Shown here one piece after another: positions 34,185-42,119 of a stretch of DNA of 58,264 nucleotides. Numbering within the stretch: position 1 is the first letter of the stretch; every line of letters starts with the position of its first letter. The position numbers were made by a program, and so were the translations under genes. The notes below the pieces were generated by a model. The model was not told the origin of the DNA. It searched no databases and was given only the letters and a program-made list of their open reading frames with translations. The stretch is from NCBI GenBank assembly GCA_001781435.1, contig MFLV01000009.1:435-58698 (forward strand), read 5' to 3'. This DNA is from Candidatus Kaiserbacteria bacterium RIFCSPLOWO2_01_FULL_51_21. Lineage in GTDB: Bacteria > Patescibacteriota > Minisyncoccia > Phycocordibacterales > 2-01-FULL-51-21.

Positions 34185-35316
34185 GAAAATACTTTTTACC
34201 GGAGGAGGCACCGGGGGACATTTTTATCCAATCATCGCCGTTGCCGAGGAGGTGAATGCTCTCGTTGAAGAGCGGAAACTCTTGAGACCTTCGCTCTATT
34301 ACGCCGGGCCGACTCCCTTTGAAGAACGTCTGCTGTTTGAGAACGGCATTGAATTCCGGAAAAGTCCGGCTGGGAAGGTCCGCCGCTATTTTTCGCTTCT
34401 CAATATCACTGATGCGATTAAAACGGCTTTTGGCATTTTGAAGGCGCTTTTTCAAGTTTTCAGCATTTATCCGGACGTCGTTTTCAGCAAAGGCGGGTAC
34501 GCGAGTTTTCCGACGGTGCTCGCCGCGCGGCTATTTAAGATACCGCTTGTGATCCACGAATCAGACGCGACGCCGGGAAAAGTAAACCGTTTCGCAGGGA
34601 AATTTGCTGAACGGATTGCCATTGCGTATCCTGAAGCCGCAAGCTTTTTCCCAAAAGGGAAGACGGCGTTAGTCGGAAATCCTATCCGAAAGGCTCTGCG
34701 GACCGTTGCACGGGAAGGCGCCTACGAATTTTTGCGTCTTTCATCAGAGCTCCCCGTCATTGTGATACTCGGCGGCTCCCAAGGAGCGCAAAAACTCAAC
34801 GACGTGGTGCTCGGCGCCTTACCGGAACTCGTTGAGCGTTATCAAATTATTCACCAGACGGGCGATGCTTTATTTCAAGATGTAGAGAGAACTGCTCGCG
34901 TGGTGCTCGAAAAAAGCCAGAATGGCAGCCGGTACAAAGTATTTCCCTATCTGAATGAACTGGCGCTCCGCATGTCGGCGGGCGTTGCGACCGTCATCGT
35001 TTCCCGTGCAGGATCAGGAGCCATTTTTGAGATTGCACAGTGGGGAATTCCGAGCATTATCGTCCCACTGCCTGAACTTGTCTCACACGACCAAACAAAA
35101 AACGCCTTTACCTACGCGCGTTCTGGAGCTGCGGTCGTTATTGAGCAAGACAATCTCACGGCACACCTTTTGGTATCCGAGATCACCCGCCTCATTGATA
35201 ACCCGAATATCCGAGAAAAAATGAAGGCAGGAGCAGCGTCATTCGCCAAGCCCAAAGCGGCGCGGGAGGTTGCGGAAGCAATCCTTGATATTGCGCTTAA
35301 ACATGAATCCCGTTAG
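34183..35316 (+). CDS. murG: UDP-N-acetylglucosamine--N-acetylmuramyl-(pentapeptide) pyrophosphoryl-undecaprenol N-acetylglucosamine transferase (lipid II synthase)
   Basis: MKILFTGGGTGGHFYPIIAV. The stop TAG (35314-35316) lies inside the left arm of element copy 4. Confidence 0.95.
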   Translation: MKILFTGGGTGGHFYPIIAVAEEVNALVEERKLLRPSLYYAGPTPFEERLLFENGIEFRKSPAGKVRRYFSLLNITDAIKTAFGILKALFQVFSIYPDVVFSKGGYASFPTVLAARLFKIPLVIHESDATPGKVNRFAGKFAERIAIAYPEAASFFPKGKTALVGNPIRKALRTVAREGAYEFLRLSSELPVIVILGGSQGAQKLNDVVLGALPELVERYQIIHQTGDALFQDVERTARVVLEKSQNGSRYKVFPYLNELALRMSAGVATVIVSRAGSGAIFEIAQWGIPSIIVPLPELVSHDQTKNAFTYARSGAAVVIEQDNLTAHLLVSEITRLIDNPNIREKMKAGAASFAKPKAAREVAEAILDIALKHESR

Positions 35317-35425
35317 AGGTCGCGAACCCGCAACCACTGATGCTATGATTAAGGTCGAATATTTTGAAATTAACGTTGTAGTTAAATCGCACTCCACTGG
35401 GTGCGCGTTCTACCTCTAACGGGAT
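35303..35425 (+). repeat. CCCGTTAGA-arm palindromic junction element, copy 4
   Basis: Arms ATCCCGTTAGAGGT (35307-35320) / ACCTCTAACGGGAT (35412-35425). An open 38-codon frame spans 35303-35419. Confidence 0.85.
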
Positions 35426-36821
35426 GAAGCTACTTGAGGAGCTTGAGCAATTGTTTGTGACACCCGCCTTAGCCACAAATAGAAAAGTGGTGGTGCGTAC
35501 TGCGCCTTCACCAACCGGCAATCTCCACATAGGAACCGCGCGCTTAGCGCTTTTCAATTACCTTTTCGCACGCAAACACGGGGGGAAGATCATTTTGCGC
35601 ATTGAGGATACCGATACCACCCGCTCAAAAAAAGAGTTTGAGGACGATATTCTTGAAAGCCTACGCTGGCTCAGTCTCTCTCATGACGAGTTCTACCGCC
35701 AATCTGAACGGGGAAGCGTCTACCAAAAACATCTTCTGCGTCTCATTAAGGAAAAGAAAGCGTATCTTTCGCGCGAACCATCGCAGAGTAATCCGGCGGT
35801 GGAGATTGAGGTCGTCCGGCTACGAAACCAAAACAGGATAATCTCATTTGAGGACGAAATTCGTGGAACCATTTCGTTTGATACGATGGAGCTCGGTGAT
35901 TTTGTAATCGCACGCTCGCTTTCCGACGCCCTGTACCATTTCGCCGTTGTGGTTGATGACGTCGAGATGGGAGTAACCCATGTGATTCGGGGCGATGATC
36001 ATATCTCGAATACGCCGCGGCATATCCTCATACAGGAAGCGCTTGGCGCCCCGCGCCCCGTCTACGCGCACATCCCTCTTGTTCTCGCACCTGACCACTC
36101 AAAATTATCTAAACGCCATGGCGCAACAGCAATTCGGGAATATCGCGAGCAAGGATTTTTGCCCGAGGCGCTTATAAACTATCTCGCTCTGCTCGGCTGG
36201 AACCCCGGCACGACTCAAGAATTATTCACTCTTTCCGAACTCATAAAAGAGTTCGACTTGAGTCAGGTGCATAAAAGCGGAGCAATATTCGACATTGAAA
36301 AACTCCGGTGGTTCAATCGGGAATACCTCCGCCGCCTCCCGCCGGCGGAAGCTCTTGCCCTGATAGGGAACGCCCTGCCGGAGGCTATCAAGGCCTTGCC
36401 TCACTTTTCAGAAGAGCGTCTGCAAAAAGTAGCCCCGCTTCTTATTGAGCGCATTGCGGTTTTTTCCGATATTGCGAAGCTTGTCAAGGAGGAAGAGCTC
36501 CAGTATTTTTTTGAACGTCCCGCCGTTGCTCCGGAAGATCTTGCGTGGAAAGATACAAATGCCGCGACGATCGCCGAGCATTTACAATACCTCTGTGAAA
36601 AACTGGGAGATATCCCTGAGAAAATGTTCACTCAAGATACCGTAAGGGAAGCGATTTTCGGATATGCGACCGAAAAGGGAAGGGGAGCGGTGCTCTGGCC
36701 CATGCGCTATGCCCTCTCAGGGAAAAAACAATCACCCGACCCCTTTGTGCTCTCCGGTATCTTTGGAAAAGAAGAAACCATTGCCCGCCTCACCGCCGCC
36801 TCTGCTACAATAGCGAAATGA
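35424..36821 (+). CDS. gltX: glutamyl-tRNA synthetase
   Basis: PSPTGNLHIGTARLAL (HIGH-type) and KLSKRHG. Confidence 0.95.
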   Translation: MKLLEELEQLFVTPALATNRKVVVRTAPSPTGNLHIGTARLALFNYLFARKHGGKIILRIEDTDTTRSKKEFEDDILESLRWLSLSHDEFYRQSERGSVYQKHLLRLIKEKKAYLSREPSQSNPAVEIEVVRLRNQNRIISFEDEIRGTISFDTMELGDFVIARSLSDALYHFAVVVDDVEMGVTHVIRGDDHISNTPRHILIQEALGAPRPVYAHIPLVLAPDHSKLSKRHGATAIREYREQGFLPEALINYLALLGWNPGTTQELFTLSELIKEFDLSQVHKSGAIFDIEKLRWFNREYLRRLPPAEALALIGNALPEAIKALPHFSEERLQKVAPLLIERIAVFSDIAKLVKEEELQYFFERPAVAPEDLAWKDTNAATIAEHLQYLCEKLGDIPEKMFTQDTVREAIFGYATEKGRGAVLWPMRYALSGKKQSPDPFVLSGIFGKEETIARLTAASATIAK

Positions 36822-38104
36822 AATCTTGGGTACTCGCAGTAGCACTTGCGCTATTCGCACTCGGCCTCTTTACCGTGCCTGCGGCCGCCGCCGCTACTGC
36901 AGACGAACTGCGGAGTAAAATAGCGGAAAAAAATGACGCTATTCTTAATCTCGAAAAAGAAATTAAGGAATACCAGAGACAACTAGAAACCACCGGTAAA
37001 GAAAAACAAAGTCTCCAGAACGCCGTTGCATTGCTTGACCTTTCACGCAAGAAAATCAGCGCGGATATACGCATTACCGAGAACAAGATAGCGGCAACCG
37101 ACCTTCATCTTTCCGAGCTTTCACTTCAAATCACTGACAAGGAGACGCGCATTGCTCTTTCTCTCTCTGCGGTGGGAGCAGGACTTCGGACTCTTGCGAT
37201 CATGGATGCCGACGCACCCATAGTTTATATCCTTCGGGGAGAAAATATGAGTGAGGCGTGGCAGCAACTTGAAGAACTCGACCGTTTTCAGCAATCAATC
37301 GATAAACACGTTGAGGACCTCCGACAGTTCAAGGAAGATCTTGAGAATACAAAAGCTCAGACCGAGATGGCGCGGAAAAAATTAGTCAGCCTCAAAATCG
37401 AACTGGCAAATCAAAAAAAAGTGCTTGATGCCAACCGACAGGAAACAAGCGCGCTTCTCGCCGCGACAAAAAACAAAGAGTCTAATTATCAAAAGCTTCT
37501 TGCAGAAAAACAGACGCTTCACCGGCAGTTTGAAGAGGAACTTTCCGCCTATGAGGCCGAGCTTCGTTTTACCATTGACCCGACGCTTCTTCCAAAAACC
37601 GGCTCGGGCGTCCTTTCCTGGCCGCTTGACGCCGTCTTTATCACTCAATATTTCGGCAATACCGAATTCGCAACAAGAAATGCGCAGGTCTATAATGGGG
37701 AAGGGCACAACGGAATCGATCTGCGCGCGGCACCTGGGACGCAGGTAAGGGCCGCCTCCTCCGGCGTAGTGCAAGGCACCGGCAACACCGACACTACCTG
37801 CCGAGGCGCTTCCTACGGGCAATGGGTTCTTATCCGGCATAACAACGGGCTTTCAACCCTCTACGCGCATTTATCGGTCATCGCTGTTTCGCAAGGACAA
37901 TCAGTTTCAGTGGGGCAAATCATCGGATACAGCGGATCGACCGGATACGCGACCGGCCCCCACCTTCATTTCACGGTGTATGCAACGCAAGGAGTGGAAA
38001 TTTCACAACTCAAAAGCCGCGCGCTTGCCTGTAAAGGAAAAATTTATACGCTACCCCTTGTCAAGGATCGCGGAGCCTATTTAAATCCGCTATCGTACCT
38101 TTAA
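36818..38104 (+). CDS. M23-family peptidoglycan endopeptidase with a coiled-coil N-terminal domain (EnvC-like)
   Basis: Signal peptide and a long heptad-rich region, then GHNGIDLRA and GSTGYATGPHLHFTVY. The start overlaps the gltX stop (ATGA). Confidence 0.88.
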   Translation: MKSWVLAVALALFALGLFTVPAAAAATADELRSKIAEKNDAILNLEKEIKEYQRQLETTGKEKQSLQNAVALLDLSRKKISADIRITENKIAATDLHLSELSLQITDKETRIALSLSAVGAGLRTLAIMDADAPIVYILRGENMSEAWQQLEELDRFQQSIDKHVEDLRQFKEDLENTKAQTEMARKKLVSLKIELANQKKVLDANRQETSALLAATKNKESNYQKLLAEKQTLHRQFEEELSAYEAELRFTIDPTLLPKTGSGVLSWPLDAVFITQYFGNTEFATRNAQVYNGEGHNGIDLRAAPGTQVRAASSGVVQGTGNTDTTCRGASYGQWVLIRHNNGLSTLYAHLSVIAVSQGQSVSVGQIIGYSGSTGYATGPHLHFTVYATQGVEISQLKSRALACKGKIYTLPLVKDRGAYLNPLSYL

Positions 38105-38168
38105 TCTATCCGCAGAATTCCCCGACGGCTTGCCGCGGGGATAGGACGAGCGAGATTTTAACTATTGC

Positions 38169-39158
38169 CTATCCAGTACGATTACTACTGTTATTTCCGC
38201 CGTGGAAGCGTTCGTGGATATCCCGAAGACGCTTGTTTGTAACGTGGGTATACACCTGTGTCGTAGCAACGTTTTTGTGTCCAAGAAGTTCCTGGACGCT
38301 TCTAAGATCGGCGCCATGAGCAAGTAAGTCTGTCGCATATGAGTGGCGTAAGGTATGCGGCGTCACTTTCTTTGAGAGACCCGCGAGCCGAGCGCATCGC
38401 GAGATCATCATCTGTATAGCGCGAACAGAGAGTCGGCGGTCTTCATCTTCAGAAGCGCCCGATCGAGTATTGATAAAAAGAGGCTTATAGACATCGCGTC
38501 GTGAAGCCAAATACTTTCGGAGCCATTCGGCTGCGCGAGGAGAAATAAAAATAGTTCGGATGTGTTTCCCTTTGCCTACAATTGAGAGCTCAAAGGTTCG
38601 ACGGGGATTCTTGTCCTTAAGAAAGGATACCTGATCAGTAGTGAGGGAGGTAAGTTCCGAGATACGCATGCCGGACGAGAAAAAAAGCTCCATGATCGCC
38701 CGATCACGCGCTCCGGAGAAAGTTGCGGTATCCGGTATCACCAGCATTTTCTCGAAATCATCGACCTCAAGAAATGAAATAGTTTCTTCATTTTTCTGTT
38801 TCGCCAGTTTTACTTTCGAAGAGGGGAGTGACTCAATATCGCGCTCGGCAAGATAGTTGAGAAAAGCGCGCAGAGCGATTAGGTAATAGTTCTGAGATTT
38901 TTTGCCTAAGTAGCTGCCGTGGGGCGTTTTGTAGGTACGCGCAAGATACAAGCGGTAGTCCCAAATATGTCCCGCAACAAGCTCATGGGGAAGGAGTTTT
39001 TCATTATCAGTTTCCTTGAGCCACAGAACAAAAAGCTTAAGATACTGCTCGTAGTTTCTCTGGGTGTTGTTAGATAGACCCTTCTCGACTTCGCAGTAAT
39101 CGATAAAGTCAGGAATATGTTTTGCAACAGGGGTTGTGCTTTTGTGAGCAGAGACCAT
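38169..39158 (-). CDS. tyrosine site-specific recombinase, XerC/XerD family
   Basis: 329 aa with an N-terminal SAM-like domain and the catalytic region HTLRHSYATDLLAHGADLRSVQELLGHKNVATTQVYTHV. Confidence 0.9.
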   Translation of the reverse strand: MVSAHKSTTPVAKHIPDFIDYCEVEKGLSNNTQRNYEQYLKLFVLWLKETDNEKLLPHELVAGHIWDYRLYLARTYKTPHGSYLGKKSQNYYLIALRAFLNYLAERDIESLPSSKVKLAKQKNEETISFLEVDDFEKMLVIPDTATFSGARDRAIMELFFSSGMRISELTSLTTDQVSFLKDKNPRRTFELSIVGKGKHIRTIFISPRAAEWLRKYLASRRDVYKPLFINTRSGASEDEDRRLSVRAIQMMISRCARLAGLSKKVTPHTLRHSYATDLLAHGADLRSVQELLGHKNVATTQVYTHVTNKRLRDIHERFHGGNNSSNRTG

Positions 39159-39300
39159 TTGTTTTAGAGCGTAGGGGATTAATAGATTCTTTTCGTATTA
39201 GTTAAGGATTACGCCTATCGTACTACTTCGCACAATATATGTAAAGCGAAGGACAGGTGCTTTCTTCATGTCTGTCACTATCCTCATGAAATATATACCA

Positions 39301-39326
39301 AAAACCCGCCATACGGCGGGTTTTTT
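39301..39326. terminator. bidirectional intrinsic terminator
   Basis: AAAA-CCCGCC-ATAC-GGCGGG-TTTTTT, directly downstream of the minus-strand SLT gene. Confidence 0.7.
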
Positions 39327-39332
39327 CTTTTC

Positions 39333-39674
39333 TTACGAATTGTTCCAGCAAGAGGCAGACGAGTTCCAGGGCTTCGTACCTTGCTCCTCAAAGAGATGGC
39401 GCGCATATGCCATGTTGTCGCCGATGTCGCCAAGGTCAAGACCCAATTCTTCGGCTTCCTTGCCGTGATAGAGAGTGTTGATCTGCATTACTCCAACGTC
39501 GTAAGGATTTTTTTCGCCTCGCAGTGTTTTGCCGTTTTTGTCGAAGTGTCGGAATCGTGATTCGCACTCGGCAATTTCAGCAAGCACCGGCTCATCGCTG
39601 AAATACGCTCGGACATGGTCCTCAACAGTCACCGGACGGCTAAAAACGAGTCCGCTTTCGGCGTCAAGAGACAT
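39333..39674 (-). CDS. SLT-domain lytic transglycosylase-like protein; the start codon is uncertain
   Basis: CESRFRH...NPYDVGVMQINTLYHG. The in-frame upstream codons encode a TM helix but contain no ATG, GTG or TTG (see findings). Confidence 0.75.
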   Translation of the reverse strand: MSLDAESGLVFSRPVTVEDHVRAYFSDEPVLAEIAECESRFRHFDKNGKTLRGEKNPYDVGVMQINTLYHGKEAEELGLDLGDIGDNMAYARHLFEEQGTKPWNSSASCWNNS

Positions 39675-39973
39675 AGGTATTCCGAACGAAGAGCTTGCAA
39701 TCAGGATAGCGATAATCGGAAATATAATAAGCCAATTGTCTAAGTGCTAAAGGTGGTATTCGTACCACTTTGGGCTTGCCCACAAGAATCTGTCGACAAA
39801 GGCAGAAACTGAAAGCCCGCCCAACAAAAAATCCGGCACAGCCGAATTTCTTATAGTCTAGCACTTAATCAATCCCCTGTCAATACTTCCCGACACTTCA
39901 CCCTATCTGTCAAACAAGTAAAAGAAGGCTCTGTTGAGCCAAAAAAATCTTGACGGCCCGCCGCTCTACTGGG

Positions 39974-40132
39974 CTACTTTTTATGCTTTTTTTGAGACTT
40001 TTTTCTTAAGTGTTTAAAAATTTCAACTTGCCGTAGCCGTTCCCGCGCTTCCCTCTTTGTCTTGTAGCGCCCGAACACCCGGCCAGTGCGCTCGGAAAGC
40101 GCCACCCACTTCCCTTTCAGCTTTTTAAGCAT
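39974..40132 (-). CDS. small basic hypothetical protein (52 aa)
   Basis: Hand-translated MLKKLKGKWVALSERTGRVFGRYKTKREARERLRQVEIFKHLRKKSQKKHKK. Below the ORF-track cutoff. Confidence 0.4.
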   Translation of the reverse strand: MLKKLKGKWVALSERTGRVFGRYKTKREARERLRQVEIFKHLRKKSQKKHKK

Positions 40133-40193
40133 ATTTGTTACTGATGGATATCATCTTTTGTCGCGTCACAGGTAATCATCTCTCCTTTAGTTA

Positions 40194-40264
40194 TCGGGCT
40201 GCCGGGAGTCGAACCCGGGTTGCATGACCCCCAGCCATGCGTAATGCCGTTATACCACAGCCCG
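40194..40264 (-). tRNA. tRNA-Pro (anticodon GGG), no encoded CCA
   Basis: Hand-folded. Acceptor CGGGCTG/CAGCCCG; anticodon stem CATGG/TCATG with loop CTGGGGG; T arm CCGGG-TTCGACT-CCCGG; discriminator A. Confidence 0.85.
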
Positions 40265-40304
40265 TTTTGACCTCGAGATTATACGCTATGAAGTGCTCTC
40301 ACGG

Positions 40305-41159
40305 CTATCGGCGAGAAATGAGCTCAAGGGCTCCATGCAACCCTCCAAAATCGCCAAGTGCCGCTTCTTTGATATCAGGAAGCTCCTGAAAGACCGTGCA
40401 AATTTCTTTTACATACTCTCTTACACGCTCAATCTTGATGCCATTTTTTTTGAGAATCATGGCTCCTCCGAGAACAACTATCTCCGGAGACCAATGAACA
40501 ATCGTGTTATGGAGCCCATAGGACAGAAACCGGGCAAGCTCGTCCCAAACCGCAGGATTTATAATTTCCGAGGGCGCTTGCCCAAACCGCCTCTTGACTG
40601 CAGCGCCGGAAACATATTCCTCAAGATGGCCGATGTTCATGTGCTTTTCTCCAACACGGCAACCCTCACACATTTCTCCTCCAATATCGATTATTTGGTG
40701 CCCGGGTTCAAAACCAAAGGTGTTGAAATCTATTTCGCCTTGAACGATACGGGCGCCACCGACTCCGGTGCTTATCGTAAGGTACGCGACAATTGATTTT
40801 TCTCTGCCTGCGCCGCGGCGCGCTTCGCCAAGACCGGCAAGGGCGGCATCATTCTCAATGAGAACCGGCGCAGAAAAAATCTTTTCAAGTTCACTGTGAA
40901 GCGGCTTCCCCGCCCAAGCCTTAAGATGCGGCGCCCTCACAAGCATTTTCTTCTCCCGATCAAGGGTTCCGGGCACTCCACCGCCAACCGCTTGTACGTG
41001 CCTCCCCTTCGCAACCTCGCTTCCGATTTTCCGGATACATTCCATCCCGACTTTGAAATCGCTCGGGGTAGCCACAACGCGGGGCTCTTCGAATACCGCG
41101 CCGTCAACTGAAAAAGCCATTCGAGTCTTGGAGCCGCCAATGTCAAAAAGAAGATACAT
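40305..41159 (-). CDS. ROK-family sugar kinase (glucokinase-like)
   Basis: MYLLFDIGGSKTRMAF and the ROK-type sugar kinase fold pattern. Confidence 0.8.
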   Translation of the reverse strand: MYLLFDIGGSKTRMAFSVDGAVFEEPRVVATPSDFKVGMECIRKIGSEVAKGRHVQAVGGGVPGTLDREKKMLVRAPHLKAWAGKPLHSELEKIFSAPVLIENDAALAGLGEARRGAGREKSIVAYLTISTGVGGARIVQGEIDFNTFGFEPGHQIIDIGGEMCEGCRVGEKHMNIGHLEEYVSGAAVKRRFGQAPSEIINPAVWDELARFLSYGLHNTIVHWSPEIVVLGGAMILKKNGIKIERVREYVKEICTVFQELPDIKEAALGDFGGLHGALELISRR

Positions 41160-41162
41160 GGA

Positions 41163-42119
41163 TTAATCCTTCATACGCTCTTTGAGCGAACTAATAAGCG
41201 GAGTGCGTATCGCCTCGTTTCCATACGCGCCGGCAAGTGAAAGAGAGGTGGCAATCGCAAGATGCACCGAACCGAATATTTTTTGCATCGGCTCACCGTG
41301 TAGAGAAAGGCTCATGGTTTCTACGTTCTGTTTCCGATACAGCTCCTGCGTGATACTCATGCGCTTCAGGATACGGGGATGATCCTGCGTATCAACCAGA
41401 AAAATTACCTTGGATGGAAAAGAGGGACGCCGGCCGTCAAATCCTTCGATTTCGTTGTGGCTCATCTCCGGAACACTTGTGCAAAAAGCAGGGATTTTCG
41501 CCGTTTCGTTGAAAGTTATCTTCCAATAATACGCTAAAGGAAAGTTTGTGGTCGACGCGTATATGAGAGGGACCTTTTGGGCAAGTGACTGCGCGAGGAC
41601 TCTCCCCTCTTCATGAGTCCTTGCCGCGCTCAGTGTATGCGAAAGTCCCTGGAAATTAGCAACAAGATTTTTGGCGTTCGTAAGCGCCGCAAGCGCGATT
41701 GCCAAATACCCCGTTGACATCCGTGGAGGCAGGCTTGTGTGCGGTAGTTTGACGAGCGTCAGGTGTCGCTTTAGAGCAAAGTTGAGCAATTCCCCACCCC
41801 CCGCAATGACCGCAAGCGAAAAGCCACGATTTTCTACAGTACGCGCAAAATCAAGCGTTTCTTCGGTATTCCCCGAGGCGGAACTCGCAATAAAAAGAGT
41901 GTCTGGAAAAAGCGCCTCGGGAAGAAGGGGGAGCCCGTAATCACGGTGAGTGATGAAGCCGAGAGCCGGATCGATAGTATTGAGAAGTCCGGCAACAAGA
42001 GCTGAGCCGCCCATGCCGCCCACAACCGTCAGACGCCCCTTGCGCAGACGTTCCTGATTTTCCACGATCGGCTGAAAAGAAAATTGATTTGGAAATGCAA
42101 TAAGTTCTTGCGGGATCAT
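41163..42119 (-). CDS. bifunctional phosphoglucose/phosphomannose isomerase (SIS domains)
   Basis: 318 aa with VVGGMGGSALVAGLL. Size and pattern match archaeal-type PGI/PMI. Confidence 0.75.
   Translation of the reverse strand: MIPQELIAFPNQFSFQPIVENQERLRKGRLTVVGGMGGSALVAGLLNTIDPALGFITHRDYGLPLLPEALFPDTLFIASSASGNTEETLDFARTVENRGFSLAVIAGGGELLNFALKRHLTLVKLPHTSLPPRMSTGYLAIALAALTNAKNLVANFQGLSHTLSAARTHEEGRVLAQSLAQKVPLIYASTTNFPLAYYWKITFNETAKIPAFCTSVPEMSHNEIEGFDGRRPSFPSKVIFLVDTQDHPRILKRMSITQELYRKQNVETMSLSLHGEPMQKIFGSVHLAIATSLSLAGAYGNEAIRTPLISSLKERMKD

Noticed and set aside
31521-35425. Reading the CCCGTTAGA elements as integron attC sites (GTTAGA resembles the GTTRRRY core).
   Set aside because: attC sites run 5' RYYYAAC ... 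GTTRRRY 3', whereas these elements run 5' GTTAGA ... TCTAAC 3', so the polarity is inverted. The flanking genes are core cell-wall genes rather than cassettes, and no intI is present.
38169-40264. Tyrosine recombinase + SLT lysozyme-like gene + small basic ORF next to tRNA-Pro as an integrated mobile element.
   Set aside because: I found no direct repeat of the tRNA 3' end near 38105-38168 or elsewhere in the segment. The recombinase looks like a housekeeping XerC/D type, and composition is not visibly different from the flanks. It is left as a low-priority possibility only.
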